From the NCBI RefSeq assembly GCF_009914755.1, contig NC_060930.1: 64,000 nucleotides of DNA; one strand, 5' to 3'. Positions within the stretch are counted from its first letter, which is position 1. Every line of letters starts with the position of its first letter. The notes beneath the pieces were generated by a model. It was given only the letters and a program-made list of their open reading frames with translations. It searched no databases and had not been told where the DNA came from. A program made the translations under genes and the position numbers. Shown piece by piece: positions 13,641-33,204 of this stretch. This DNA comes from the human T2T-CHM13v2.0 reference genome, Homo sapiens.

Positions 13641-15222
13641 TTAGAATTCACATGCTAATCTCTCTCACTCTGTTTTCTCACCTAACACTCCTCCGTCTTT
13701 CTATATCTTCAGTCTCATGTGGATATAAAGCTCACTGCATGGGAAAGAAATATGTAAAATATGGTAGTTGCCTTAATGACCATTCATAATCTATGTAAGA
13801 AATATATTTGATTGTAAAACAAAACCACTAAATTCATCACATTTATTGTGCCCCTACTAAGATGACTGCATATTTATTTCAGGTTCCAAAACTGAATAGA
13901 CCTAAAATAAAAGGCAGATCATGGCAAATTGCTTTAAAGAAAAACACTATGTAATGAGAGCAAACAGGAGTAACTCCCAATGTTATTGGAGAAAAACTTG
14001 AAAAGTGCTGTAACATCTGAGATGGTACCTGATTCTGCCTCCCCAAACATTGGCTTGCTCTCTCAGTTCACCTACCTGCCATGTAGGGGACCCAGAGACA
14101 ATTCTGAATGGCCTTCCATTTCACTTAGGAGCTGTGATGGCTGCAGTTAGCCTCTGGCCTTCTCACATTTAAACAGCCGCTCACTCCACCATTGCTACTC
14201 CACCACACATTTCATGTCTCTAGGATCTTCTTTCAGAGGTCATGAGTTTCCTCAAAGGCATAAACTAGGAGAGAGAAAAGAGGCCCCTATCCCCTAAGAT
14301 TCCAGATTTTTAGTGGATTACCTACACTGACAACCCTTCCTGGCCAGGTGGTCTGCAGGGCATGAGGGAGCAAGCTGATCACATCTCACTCACTTTATTT
14401 ATTTCCCATTTCTTCCAAAAATTCTCACTCTTTTGGAAGATTACACAATTCTCATGTGGGGGCAGATGGGAGGGAGGCTGGGAGGAGAGGTTGAAAAAGT
14501 GGGAGGTCAGAAATACCTAGTTTTGTGACTACGAAATAAAAATTTGGGGCCTTGTGCTTAAAGCCCAGGCTCTTCTTTATAGAAACAAAAGCTTTTGTGC
14601 TGTTATTCTCCAACACTGATCTGATAGCTCCTTCCTAAAATAGTGACAGCCTGAGTATAGGTGGTTGATAGGGGTGGGGAAAGGAGCAGAAAATGTTGAC
14701 TACTATCTCAAATTATTTTTCTGCTCTGTAACATGTGATCGATATGACCATATAACATAAAAAAATCAAAAGAAAAAAAGTCCTGCAGCCCGATTGCTGG
14801 TTAATATTTGGTCACTATTCATTTAGAATCCATTGATTGAATAAGTACACTGAATTGATAACAAATACGTGGCTATCATATTATTTTGGGCTTGGGTGTT
14901 TAAAAAAATCTGTCCTAAGCAAAATACCAGGATTAAACCCAGGTTCTCTAAAAGTGTCCTGCAGGGAAATAAGACAATGAGAAATCGGCCTCTTGTTTTG
15001 ATTCATCAGCCTTGGCAAAATTGGAACAATGGAAATTACCTACAGAGAATCAAGGAGAAGGAGCATCATGAAAGGTCCAGCTCCCAGTGTGTTCTGGGCC
15101 ACTGCAGTGGACATCTTTACTTGGTAAAATCCTGCTTTGAGACCAGTTTATGCAGTGCTCTATTCAAATTTAATCTCAGCACCTATAGTTAGGAGGCCAG
15201 TAAAGGGACTTTTAAAATTCCT

Positions 15223-15536
15223 GGATGGGTGCAATGGCTCACACATGTAATCCTAGTACTTTGGGAGGCCAAGGCGGGCAGATCGCTTGAGCCCAGGAGT
15301 TCAAGACCAGGCTGGGCAACATGGCAAAAATCTTACCTCTAAAAAAAATCAAAAAATTAGCCGGACATGGTGGCAGGTGCCCATAGTTCTAGCTACTTAG
15401 GAGGCTAAGGTGGGAGGAGCAGCTGAGCCCAGAATGTCAAGGCTTCAGTGAGTTGTGATCGTGCCACTGCACTCCAGCCTGGGTGACAGAGTGAGACCCT
15501 GTCTCTAAATAATCATAGTAATAAATAATAATAAAA
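15223..15536 (+). mobile_element. AluJ, TSD TAAAATTCCT
   Basis: J diagnostics gatcgcttgagcccaggagttc and gagaccctgtctc; TSD 15213-15222 / 15537-15546. Confidence 0.92.
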
Positions 15537-16667
15537 TAAAATTCCTAAGCACATTGTTTTTCAGAGAAATATATAGACTGCAAATTATTCTGCCTTGAAG
15601 CCAGGAATAAGGAAGAAAGAAATGAGGACACATAGTTTTGCCACTTAAAAAAAAAAATCGTCTCTGTGTCAGCATTTCCCATTAAATAGTGCTCTTTTCT
15701 TTATTTAAGAATCTCACATTAAGTCTCTATCTCTATTTGCCCTGTCAATGAATAATAGAGTGTGAGTGCTTGCCCATAAGCCATATTCATCAGTGCAGAA
15801 GTCAAAGAGAATTGAAAAATATGTGTTAAAATAAAAACAACAATAACAGTTATACTACCTCAAAGAAAAATCTGTCACTCACCATCATTTATGGAGTAGA
15901 TCGGCATTAGAGAGGCTGTGCCCTTACTTTACCATATAAACAAATAAAAGAAAAATGAAAATAAAGCACAGTGCAGAGCAGTACATACTAAATCTCTAAT
16001 TGCTTTCCTGCCACCCATTTGTTTATAATGTGCTGAGTACATCGATGGGATAATAACTGAAGAGCATGAGAAATGTTTGAAATGCGTACAAAGAGTGCAG
16101 ATCCACTGCCAGTATAAAATAATCACCTCATGGCTCAGCTAGTGTTTCCGCTTTTAATCGAGGCAATAGATTTCCCATTATGGGCTTCTCTTCTGAGGTT
16201 GGCCTTTATTTTTATTGAAGAAGAAACACCCACCAAACATTTTTGCATTAAGCTTTTTTATTTTAAACTAGTTTTTCTATGTGAGTGCTCATTCTGATAA
16301 ACCTAAACCTTTCTGACATTTTTTCTGTCTTAGAGAACATATTTTGCCCATAGCATGAGGCACTTGCTCCATGGCATGCATTGGAAATGTAGCTTAGCCA
16401 GGAGAAACCAAGGAGAGACAGAGCTGGGCAACATGGTGCCCTGCCTCATCTCCCCTCACACTACACAATTCTAGGCCTGATTTTTCTATTGTAGCTTAGG
16501 GTCATAGAAAATTATTTCTCAGCTGCCATTCAAACTGGAAAACATCTGCACCAGCAGCTTTGTGATTCTCTGAGGATGTGTAAGATCTCAGAGGCAATTG
16601 GTGGGAGCTCTTTTCTTCTTCAGATCTCCACATACACTATTGGTGTACAGGATCAAAAAGGCAGATT

Positions 16668-16776
16668 AGGGTAATTTACATCTTATGCATTGTACACATG
16701 TATCAAAACATCACACTGTACCCTATAAACATATACAATTATTGTATGTCTATTGAAAACAAAATAAAACTTTTTT
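16668..16776 (+). mobile_element. 5'-truncated L1MA 3' end (~110 bp)
   Basis: tatcaaaacatcacactgtaccctataaacatatacaattatt..aaataaaa; near-TSD aaaaggcagatt / aaaagtcagatt. Confidence 0.75.
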
Positions 16777-18671
16777 AAAAGTCAGATTGTTTTGCCTTCT
16801 CACATTATAGAAAGATGTAAGATTTACTTTTTCTTTCATCACGTCAGAAATGAAGAGCTGTTATAGAAACATTAAAAATACACTAAACAGGCTTGCAAGC
16901 CAATATGCCAGATTGAACACATATTTTTAACAACTAACTCCAATACACTGAAATAAAATCAAGAACTTAGATACATAACATAATTAAGTTAAAAGGAAAA
17001 TAAGTATAAATTAAAGGAGAAATCAAAGGGAAAACAAAGGAAATCAATAACTTCAGGTGAAAAAATAACTGAAGAAGAGTACAAAAAGAGTCATTGTCCA
17101 ATGTTGAAACAAAATCAAACGTGGCATGAAACCTGGAAATAAGAGGGAGAAATGATTAAACATAGCAACTCTCAACTACAAACTAATCAAAAAGAAATTT
17201 ATATGGGAGCTTAAGTTCAGGAATGAGAGACACACTTTTAAAATTCATGTCTTATACATGCAAAGGGAACACTAATCTTAGATGTGGTCCTGAAAAGGAC
17301 TATTGGAGATTAACTCTTGCACTGTTATATATATAGTTTTTAAGACCTGGGAAATAAAACTTGACAAGGAGAGAATGATCATACTAGCCACTCATACCTG
17401 AGTCCATAAACAGTCTGAATCCCAAGAAGAGACTGGGCACCTATCAATTGCTGGGGAAATTCTCTCACCTCACACAGAGAAGTGGAGACTAAGTAGGTAG
17501 AAAAGAAAAAGAGCTAAAGGATGAAAGCATTGTGATGATGGGAGAATAAGAGTAACATGAAATAGTATTTTGGTATGCTCTACCACCTCTAGGGGAACAT
17601 TTACATGAAGAAAATCCCACTAATATGGGGTAATATAGTCAATGAAGTCTTGAACTCATACACAGTGCCTGGGAACAAGATAGTTTGTTAGTTAGAAATG
17701 ATGCACGGTGCTCAGTTTATTAATCCTGATCCCTCTCTTCCAAAAATGTTCATAGAACTGTTTATGATTTCTGAAAGCAGGAAATATGGTAAGCCTTCTT
17801 AGAAAAGATGTCAGTTGAAATTCATTCATGCAGGGTTAAAATGTGTAACTATAACATATGTGTACATACATATGTATACATGTGTGTATACACATGCACA
17901 TGATTTTGGAAAGGAATGGGCACATGTTTTTTGGAAAGGCACAAAGGCAAGATGACATGATTAATATAATTTCTTACTGAAGTTTACAAGAGAGTAACAG
18001 TAGAGTATGCTAGGAAATTACACAAGGGTTAAAGGAATGATTTTATGTGCTATGCTAAAGACTTTGCATATTAATTTATAGGAAAATAAATTGTTAAATA
18101 TGTATAAAGTAGGATTTTAGTAACCTCAGTCTTTTAAAGCTATGATCTATTATAAAAAACACTTCATATCTCCCTCGATATTTTTATTTGATAAAATAAA
18201 TATTGTGAGTCAGAAAAGAAACCAATACTAAATAATCTTTTCTAAACAATCACAATTTTTTTATAGACACAGATACAGACACAGACACACACACACGCAC
18301 ACACAGAGAGTGTCTGATATGCTTTCCCAAAAGTCATTTATTTTCCCCAAATATGTTTTAGAAATACTAAACTAAAGAATGAATCATAAAGGAAAAGGTA
18401 ATGCTGGAGAAGTACAAGGAGAAAATTGCACTAGTTACTTTGGTTTCAAAAAACAGGAATTCACTCAGACTAAATTTTTAACACACATTCCTAAATGAAC
18501 ATATTTCTGGGAATGACAAAAGTTAAGAAATATCCATGCTATTATATCAAAAGCAAAACATTAGAAAAATGCTACCTAAACTTATCTTCTCTTGATTCCA
18601 AATGAATTCTATTTTATAATACCTGCAGTTTTAGTTCAAAATTGTTATTAACTTTTGCATTAAAAATAATT

Positions 18672-18912
18672 ATAGTTAACACTTATTGAGTGCTTATCAT
18701 TTGCAAGGAATTGTTCTAACCACTTGACAAGTACTAATTTACTTAATGCTCATAATACTCTTATGAGGTGAATACATTTATTTTTCCCATTTTACAAATA
18801 AAGACATTGAGCCAGAAAGAAGTTAAGAAACATGTCCAAGGTCACATAGATAATTAGTAGGAAAGTTTGAATTCCAGTTATCAGTCTGGCTGGGTTTCCA
18901 TGCTCTTTAACA
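18672..18912 (-). mobile_element. MIR (near full length)
   Basis: acttattgagtgctta...cccattttacaaataaaga.attgag...agttaa...tgtccaaggtcacataga. Confidence 0.85.
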
Positions 18913-19029
18913 CAATACTTTAATACTTAATATTCTATACTCATAAGTTTGTTAATATTTTGCAAATAACTATGGTTCCCAATTACCTCTTTTAGATTCA
19001 TGTTGTCTTCTCCTTACTGTACATATTCT

Positions 19030-20560
19030 CTAGGGATTATTTCAGAGGTTCTATGCATAATAAATTTCCTGAATCCATCCACACATAGACTTCTATATAT
19101 GAAAATACTTCTATTTTCCCAGACAATGGATATAATTTGACTAAGCATAGAATCCTAGGTCCCAAATTGTCAGAAATTTTATATAATTTTCTATATCCCC
19201 CTTAAGATAGTATTTTTTTATTTTTATTGTTTTTTAGCGTTTGAAGTTATGGTGATTCTTGTTCTTTTGTCGGGGGTCTGATATTTCTTCTAAAGAATGT
19301 TTTGAATTTTCTCTATATTCTTGGTGACCTGAAATTTCACTATGTTAGTTTGGATGTGTGTGTGTGTACGTCTTTATGTGCATTTTATCTTCATGTTATT
19401 TTTTTTATTTTATGAGATTGATTTTGTACTTTGAAACATACTTCCTGTGTTCTGAAAAAATTCTTCAATTTGATCATACAATCACAAATTCATTCCCCCT
19501 TCTATTCCTATTTGCATTTCAGCTCATATTTTAAGATTTTTTTCTGCTTGTTTGTTTACTTTTATTGGTGATTTCATTTACATAATGTGTCTATTTTTAT
19601 CAGTGCAATATAGTATTCTGTATATGACAGTACTGACAATACTTATTATACTTATTCTAAATTTCTTTTTTTGTTCCATTACCTATGGTTTCCTCTATTT
19701 TAGTTTGGTGTTAAGACTTCTGTATTTTTGATATGGGAGCGGGGCAGGGAAGTGCTGGGTAGAAAAGGGCAGGGTCCCTGGTAAGGGCTCCACCCTCCAG
19801 CCTGTGCTGGTGGACCTAAGTGAGAACATGCGGTCCTGTTTTCACATCTGAATGTTGCATTTTCCAAGACCGCTCTGGCCCACCACGAACCCCATCCTGT
19901 GCCCACATAAATCTAAGACTTTAGCAGGCACACACACAGTGGCTGATCGTCAAGAGGAACAAAGTGGTAGAAAATGGCAGAGAGTGGCAGAGGGCAGCAG
20001 GGTGGCATTAGAGAAGGAAGGAAGAAGTGTCTGAACTTCCAGAGGAGTGCCTCCGAGAACAGCCAAACCCTAGGTAAAGATTTGATCCTCCTACCCTCCA
20101 TCTTCCCACTCCAGCTCCCCATCCCTCTGAAAGCTGCCCCCACTGCTCAGTAAAGTCTCTGCATTCATCACCTTTCAAACAGTTCATGTGTCCTGATTGG
20201 TTCAGGACACCAGAAAAGAACCCAGGACAAGGGGGTTGACACTCAGCTGTCCCCGGACAATAAGGCTGAAAGAGCACACTGTAACACAAGCCTACTTGGG
20301 CTCCAGCACCTGTCCATCTGCCTGCTCCCTCAGGGCTTTGAGCTGCTGGGCAACTGAACAGGCAAGCCACACCCCTGTCACATGTCCTGCAAGGGGAATC
20401 ATGGAACTCTCCCACTTCATTTTTATGGTATTGGATTTCTGCAAATATTTGCTGATTTTGTGTTGTGTATTTATTATTATTTTGGGGTGGTTGATGCAGC
20501 TGGGGGTCTGAGGGTAGCATAGCTCCAGAGTATTTACAGTTATCAAGGGTTTACCTATCT
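19030..20560 (-). mobile_element. Old L1ME-type fragment (antisense) interrupted by the LTR at 19729
   Basis: T-rich tract with gatataatttgactaagcatagaatcctagg, resembling antisense old L1 ORF1; boundaries approximate. Confidence 0.5.
19729..20419 (+). mobile_element. Solo ERV1 LTR, LTR1-like, 4-bp TSD TTTT
   Basis: TG...CA termini; ggggcagggaagtgctggg..ggtccctgg..agggctccaccc start; TATA-like cacataaa; agtaaa polyA variant. Confidence 0.8.
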
Positions 20561-22106
20561 CTGTGCCCATGTTCTCAAACTTACTACTCTATGCTGGAGG
20601 CAGAAAATGCAGTTGCCTCTGCCTGGTCCAATATGTGAGTATGGGGAGGATCCTCTATATGGAGGCGTTCACCAATCTGACTGGGTTTCCTAAGGTACTT
20701 CCATCCCAGTACCCTCTCGGGTGTTTCCGTGACCCCTAATTCCTCCCAGCACTACCAATTACCACTACCAAAAATAGATAGCAACAGCGCTATTGCAGGT
20801 GTTGGTCTGTGGTTTCCTTCGTTTACCAATTTCTGCCTCCTTTTCATTTCTCAGGGATGCCCTGGTCTTAGATACTATAAAATATTCTAACATTAAATAT
20901 TTAACATACCCTAATTCTCTTTTCTCGGAGAGATACTTAAAGAATGTTAATATTACATTGTAAATTAATGCCAAAAAATCTGTATAAGTTTGCAAGTTGA
21001 CATCATTTTGTGTAAAAGAAATGAAACAGAAAACATGTTTTGATGGCTTTCATGGACACATCTTTGCACTTGTAGAATAAAAATATATAATCATACATGA
21101 TATTTTTCCTATTTCTTGTAATAAAATGTAGCAAAATTTGAGAGGATGCTAGGACCTATAGCTGCTCTATGTTCGATAGTAACTATGTTGCTCAGACATA
21201 AATAATGACAAGGGTTGATTACTCTTCAAAAATCATGTGCCACATTCCACGTTGCTGGCTTCTTCCTCACATGAGGGAAATATGAGAGCTAAAGTGATAG
21301 CAGTATTTCCTAGACAAGAGTAAAGGTAAATTATTTATTAGATATTGGATTTATGTGGAAAGTCTACTGTAAAAGTTATTCAATCACATTGGCAAAGTTG
21401 TTGCAAGTAATATCTTGAAGGTTCATTTTTGGACCATTCCATTCTGGTTAAGAATAGTTCTGCCAGAGTAATTCATTGTGAAGAAAAGCTCACATAAGAT
21501 AAATTATCAAAGTTAAAAATAAAATAATTATTGTAATGAATGGCACACAATTATTGCAATAGAAAACAAAACATCTCTAAATATATGACACTCAAAGTTT
21601 TACATAATTGAAATTAGAACAAAAAAATAAATCGATGACAGCACCTTAAAAAGAAGACTGGCACTACATGACTAAGCAAGAACACAATTAAAGAAAACTC
21701 TTGAGAAGAATAAAACACTCTCCTATTTTACAAACACAAAAAGGCCTGTGAGCTACTAGCTAAGATCCTAAATTCAAAAAGGTCTTCATAAATGTGAAGA
21801 GACACACTAAATATCATGATTATCAATGGGGATATTTTGGATTTACCTACACCAAGGTTGTGACTGATATCTAGCGGAAATGTGTAAGAACTTATGATCT
21901 TAGTCAAATATTTCTCTGAATCTTGAACCTTGTACCGTATACAATGCATGCCATCTTCAGCGTGCCCTGCCTCCACCCTCCACTCTGGATGTTTAATTAC
22001 CTTGTGGCATGGAAATTTGGTAACTATATGTATGTGTAAATATAGCAACCACAAAAATACAAAAATATTCTCTCTTCATATGTCTCTCTCTCTGTCTGTC
22101 TCCCTC

Positions 22107-22425
22107 TGACAGCCAAGTATAAAGGGGTCCCCAGAGAACCTACGACCAGCCTGTGCACTGGGAGAATGGGGTGGAGCCATGGGAAGTTCGCATCATTTGC
22201 AGCAGGGAGGAGCCTGGCCTCTCCTGTTCCGGGGTGGTAATCTGGGATTGAATCTGTGAGGCAGAAAGACAACTAGCAGGACTCTCGCTTTGCTGAGACT
22301 CTCCGTTTCCTTTTTTTTTTTCCTTTTCACCCAATAAACCCTGCCCTATTCACCCTTCAAAGGGTCTGCGAGCCTAATCTTTCCGGGCTGTGTAACAAGG
22401 ACCCTAAGGAGAAAGTCCTACAACA
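22107..22425 (+). mobile_element. Solo ERV1 LTR, MER61-like, inserted in a (TC)n tract
   Basis: tgacagccaagtataaaggggtcccc...ccaataaaccctgcc...gtcctacaaca; TG/CA ends; flanks cctc/tctc. Confidence 0.8.
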
Positions 22426-22434
22426 TCTCTCTCT

Positions 22435-22465
<31 letters not shown>
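22426..22465. repeat. (TC)n microsatellite (continues at 22083-22106 on the other side of the LTR)
   Basis: directly visible. Confidence 0.92.
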
Positions 22466-22469
<4 letters not shown>

Positions 22470-22862
22470 TATCTAAAACAAATCTTGCAGCATCCTAATT
22501 TCTCATGCCACAAGATTGCACCAAATATGCATATTCACACATACATACATTTGGTTGCCTAATTTCTCATGTCACAAGATTTTATATATGTATGTATAAT
22601 ATATAATGCATATAAGCAAATACATAAATATACATAAATAATACATACATAGAACTTTTATGGGTTTTGTGATTGGTATGCAGTTGGTAACATAAATATA
22701 TAAGTAATATTTTCCAAATAAATAAAATGATTACAAGTTTTCAATTACATTAATTTTTTAAAACACTGTTTAATCTTGGTTACACAGCAGTAAACTATAA
22801 GGAAGATAAAATAGATTGCTGAATAAAACAATTATATTAGAGCCTTTGATAAAATTCAAGGG

Positions 22863-23012
22863 CTTGTATACATGTCAGTTGCCTGGTTGTGACACTGAAC
22901 TATAGTTGTGCAAAATGTTATCATTTCCAGAAGTGGGCGCAGTATACAAATGAGCTCTTTTGGTATTATTTCTTACAATTGTATGTGTATCTATAATTAT
23001 TTCAATTAAAAA
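22863..23012 (+). mobile_element. L1MC/MD 3' end fragment
   Basis: cctggttgtga..tatagtt.tgcaaaatgtta.catt...gtattatttcttacaa.tg.atgtg.atcta.aatta.ttcaa. Confidence 0.75.
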
Positions 23013-23329
23013 TAATAATCAAGGAACACTGGGGAATGAAATGAACTCTCTGATGCCCAGTAAGCTGCTCTCATTCACCATTTCACAACCTGCATCTTCA
23101 CTATTTCAAACCATTCTATTCTTGCTTTCTCTTCCTACACACCTACCAAAAGTAAAATAAACTGAATTAAACAATTTTTTACATAACTTACCCAGGAAAA
23201 TTCATTAATCAACCCCTCACCCCCATAGATATTTAGAAAATATTAGCTGAGGGCAGAATTTTCTCAGAAATTCCACTCTCTGTATTTTATATTGCATTTC
23301 TGATTACAGTAATGTCATTATTATTGATT

Positions 23330-23623
23330 TTTTTTTTTTTTTGAGACAGAGTTTCATTCTGTCATCCAGGCTGGAGTGCAATGGCACGATTTCAGCTCAC
23401 TGTAAACTCTGCCTCCCGGATCAAGCAATTCTTGTGCCTCAGCCTCCCTAGTAGATGTGATTACAGGAATGTGCCACAACGCCCCACTAATTTTTGTGTT
23501 TTTAGTAGAGGCGAGGTTTCACCATGTCAGCCATGCTGGTCTCCAACTCCTGACCTCAGGTGATCTGCCCACCTCAGCCTCCCAAAATGCTTTGATTACA
23601 GGTGTGAGCCACTGCCCCCAGCC
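23330..23623 (-). mobile_element. AluS (Sx/Sz-like), TSD ATTATTATTGATT
   Basis: antisense Alu with acctcaggtgat; TSD 23317-23329 / 23625-23637. Confidence 0.93.
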
Positions 23624-24654
23624 TATTATTATTGATTAATATATCAATTTCTGAGAATCAAAAATTGCTCTAAGTTAGAAATATATTTGGTACCTTTTGT
23701 ATCAAATCAGACAATAATATTTTAAAAAATGTATTCTACTTAATTTGATGCAAATTTAATGATAAAAGGAAAAGATAAAAAGATTAATATCTTATTTCAC
23801 CTGGACTTTATATTTTTACTTGTAAAAAATTCCGTTACCAGCAGAGCTTCATTTTATTTCATTGGACATATTAGTGTTATGAATAGACATTAATTTCAAA
23901 AACTGAGTATAAGCAGTTGAATTATTATCCACATTTGTTTGCATTTATTATTTCAAGTGCAACATCACAGCAGAAAATCAGGTGATTTCACACACCATTT
24001 CAAATCACCAAAAATAATCATGCATATATTTGAGCATTTTATTACCCTATTTCATAGTGAAATATAAAGAATATATTTTTTCTTGGGTTTAAGTTTTTCT
24101 CTACTCATTTGATTAACAAAATCAACTGTATATAGCCCATTCAATGCTCCATTTCCTTCTGCAAAATTTCAAACACAAAATCACAAGATATGTCATTACA
24201 AAGACTACCAGCAGAATTAAATGTGACATACAAAACATTACATCATTTTCCTGTTACCCTTTCAAAAAGAACATGTTGGATTGAGCTAATTTTAGGTTTC
24301 AGATGAAATGTAATCACATCATTTCACTCTCACCTAGGGAAGTAAAAAAATTAAACTTCATGCATTAGGCTATAACCTTAAGATTATGAAATGATCTCTT
24401 TTCTTTAATTCACTGGCAATATAATAGTTACATCACTTTAGAAGAGATTAGAATTTCAACACAAGATCCACGGAGAATTTTAATTTCCCTGACTGGTCTC
24501 CTGCTAGTTTTAAACAGATAACTATCAATTCTTTATAAAATGTAGTAGAGTTACATTAACTAGATAACTTCAGGTCTGAAAAGCAAAACTGGTATAATTC
24601 ATCTGGTAGCCTAACCAAGCTTTATATATTTGAGTTAAAAATGTAATTTACAAA

Positions 24655-25450
<796 letters not shown>

Positions 25451-25874
25451 TGACTAATTCTTACAGCATTGCTAGATCAAAAGTACCACAGGTTAGATTT
25501 GGATCCAGAGATTGAGACTCTGCTTACCAGAGCGCCTCATGACAGCTAGCGACCAACCTAGCTATCTACACAGTGGCATTTTGACTTACCACTTATTTTT
25601 ATTCTGCATGAGTAGAACACCATCAGTAGCCACCCAGAGTTCTGGCAAAATGAAAGGCCAAGCATGTATGTATCCTCTTGACTTAATACTATATAGATGC
25701 ATCAAACCCTCACTATGATTGTGAAATTTTAACAAGATTCACTTGCTTTGATTCAGGTTTGAAATAAGCCCTATGATGGTTCCCCACTTTCAAACTACTC
25801 CACTGGCTCAGTTTATATAATATACGATCATTTTTTTCCTTGTTCTTCTGATTTTAATCATCCTTTATATTGAA

Positions 25875-25945
25875 GGCTCAAATCATCTGCCCTCCTCAGC
25901 ATCCCAAAGACCTGGGATTACAGGTGTGAGCCACTGCACAAAGCC
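25875..25945 (-). mobile_element. Alu/FLAM 5' fragment
   Basis: cccaaaga.ctgggattacaggtgtgagccactgc. Confidence 0.8.
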
Positions 25946-26992
25946 AGGCATATAACTTTTAATTTTGACATATATTCAAGAGACAAACAGATAAAAATTA
26001 ACAATAACAGCATAAAGTTGATTGTTCTGCAAGACACTTTATATAAGCCCCATGGTAACTATAAGAAAATATGTATAGAAGATATATAAAAGAAAATTAG
26101 AAAGGAATCAAAGCATGTTACTACAAATAATAAAGGAAATACAAAGAAAGACAGCAAAAAATGAAAAGAAGGATAAGGAAGATACCAAACAGAAAACAGG
26201 TAACAAAATGGTAATAGTAAGCCCTTCCCTATCAGTAATTAAATCCAAATGAATAAGACTGCCCAATCAAAATACATACTGTGGCTGAAAGGATTTTTTT
26301 TTAAAAGATCCAACTATGAGCTTTTTATAGGAACTCATTTTAGATTTAAGAACACACATAGTCTGAAAAAGAAAAGATTTTTTAAACTCCATAAAAATGA
26401 TAACCAAGAGAGCAGTAGTAGCCACATTTATATCAGACAAAATAGATATTAAATTAAAAACTATCACAAGACAAAAAAGACCATTATATAAATAATAAAT
26501 GAGTCAATACAGAGAAATATAACATTTATAAACACATATACACACCCATCAGAGAACCCAAATATAAAAATAAAATTTTGACAGAACTGAAAGAAGTAGA
26601 TAATAGCATAACAGTAGAATTTAATACCTCACTTTTAATAATAGATAGAACAATGATACAGAAGATCAATAAGGAAACAGACGGCTTTAACAGCACTGTA
26701 ACCCAAGTATACCTAGCAAATATATACAGAACATTCCACCCAACAGCATGAGAATACATATACTTCTCAAGCACAAACAGCACATTGCACAGAATAAATC
26801 ACATTTTTGGGGGAAAAAAGTATACATTTTTAAGGAGATTGAAATCACATCAAATTTTAAATACAATGGAAATAAACTAGGAATTAATAACAGAAGGAAA
26901 CTGGAAAAATCATGAACATGTGGGAAATAAAATAATCTTAACAATCAATAGGTCAAATAAGAACTCAAAATGGAAATTTAACGATACAACAT

Positions 26993-32059
<5,067 letters not shown>

Positions 32060-32779
32060 ATACAACATACCAAAAGTTAAGGGATGCAGCAATGTAGTAC
32101 TAATAGGGAAGTTTATAGTGATAAATAACTACATTTAAAAAAAAAGAAGATAGATCTCAAATAAAAAAACTAACTTTATACCTCAGTGAACTAGAAAAAG
32201 AAGAATAAGCCAAGCCCCAAGTTAATTGAAGGAAATCATAAAAATTGGGGCAGAATTAAATAAAACAGAGAAGAGAAAAATAATAGAAAAAAGAGTCGAT
32301 GGAACTAAGAGTTGGTTTTTTGAAAATAAGGTTAACAAAACTTTAGCCAGACCAACAAAAAAAGGGAAGACTCAAATAAATAAAATCAGAAATGAAGGAG
32401 GAGACATACCAACTGATGCTACATAAACAGGGTTATGAGAGGCTACTATGAAGGACTATATGCCAATAAATTGGATAATATAGAAGAAATGGATAAATTC
32501 ATAAAAACATATACTCTACCGAGGCTGAATCATGAAGAAATAGAAAATTTGAACAGATCTATAACTAGTATGGTGATTGAATCAGTAATCAAACACTGTT
32601 TGAATCAAACAAAGAAAAGCCCAGGATCACAGCTTTAATGGAGAATTCTACCAAACACTTGGCGAATTAATACCAATTCTTTTTCAAACTCTTCCAAAAG
32701 ATTGGAAGGAAGGGAGCACTTCCAAACTCATTTTACGTGGCCAGCATTACCCTGTTACCAAAGCCATATAAAGATACTA

Positions 32780-33012
32780 CAGGTGCTCCTCGACTTACTA
32801 CAGGGTTACATCCTAATAAACCCCACTGTAAGTCAAAAATATTAAGTTGGAAATGCATTTAGTACCCCAATAATCTCATCATAAAGTCAGAAAATTGTAA
32901 CTCAAGCCATAAGTTTGGATGTTCATCAACTTACTATGGGGTTATGTCAGAATAAACCCATTGTAAAGTTGAAAAATCCTAATTTGAACCATTATATATC
33001 AAGGACCATCTA
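32780..33012. mobile_element. Tc1/mariner Tigger-type MITE (MER47/Tigger5-like), TA TSD
   Basis: caggtgctcctcgactta...aaggaccatcta termini; TA on both sides; host L1 rejoins as aagatacta|caagaaaag. Confidence 0.8.
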
Positions 33013-33204
33013 TACAAGAAAAGGAAACTACATGCCAATATTCCTGATGAATACAGATGGAAAAATACTCAACAAAATACTAGAAAACTAAATTCAACAG
33101 CACATTAAAATCATCATACAAAATGACCAATTGGAATTTATTCCTGAGATCCAAGGATGGCTCAATGGATTAACATATAAAATAAATCAATGAGATACAC
33201 CACA

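Noticed and set aside
17855-17902. Palindromic purine-pyrimidine tract
   Set aside because: Ordinary TA/CA/TG low-complexity sequence where short palindromes are expected
20008-20520. 170-aa minus-strand ORF
   Set aside because: Lies antisense across an LTR/L1 junction; no recognisable motif
22107-22425. p53 response element in the MER61-like LTR
   Set aside because: Some MER61 subfamilies carry p53 sites, but no RRRCWWGYYY pair is visible in this copy
22494-22581. CRISPR-like repeat-spacer-repeat
   Set aside because: Only two repeats, human genomic context, no cas genes
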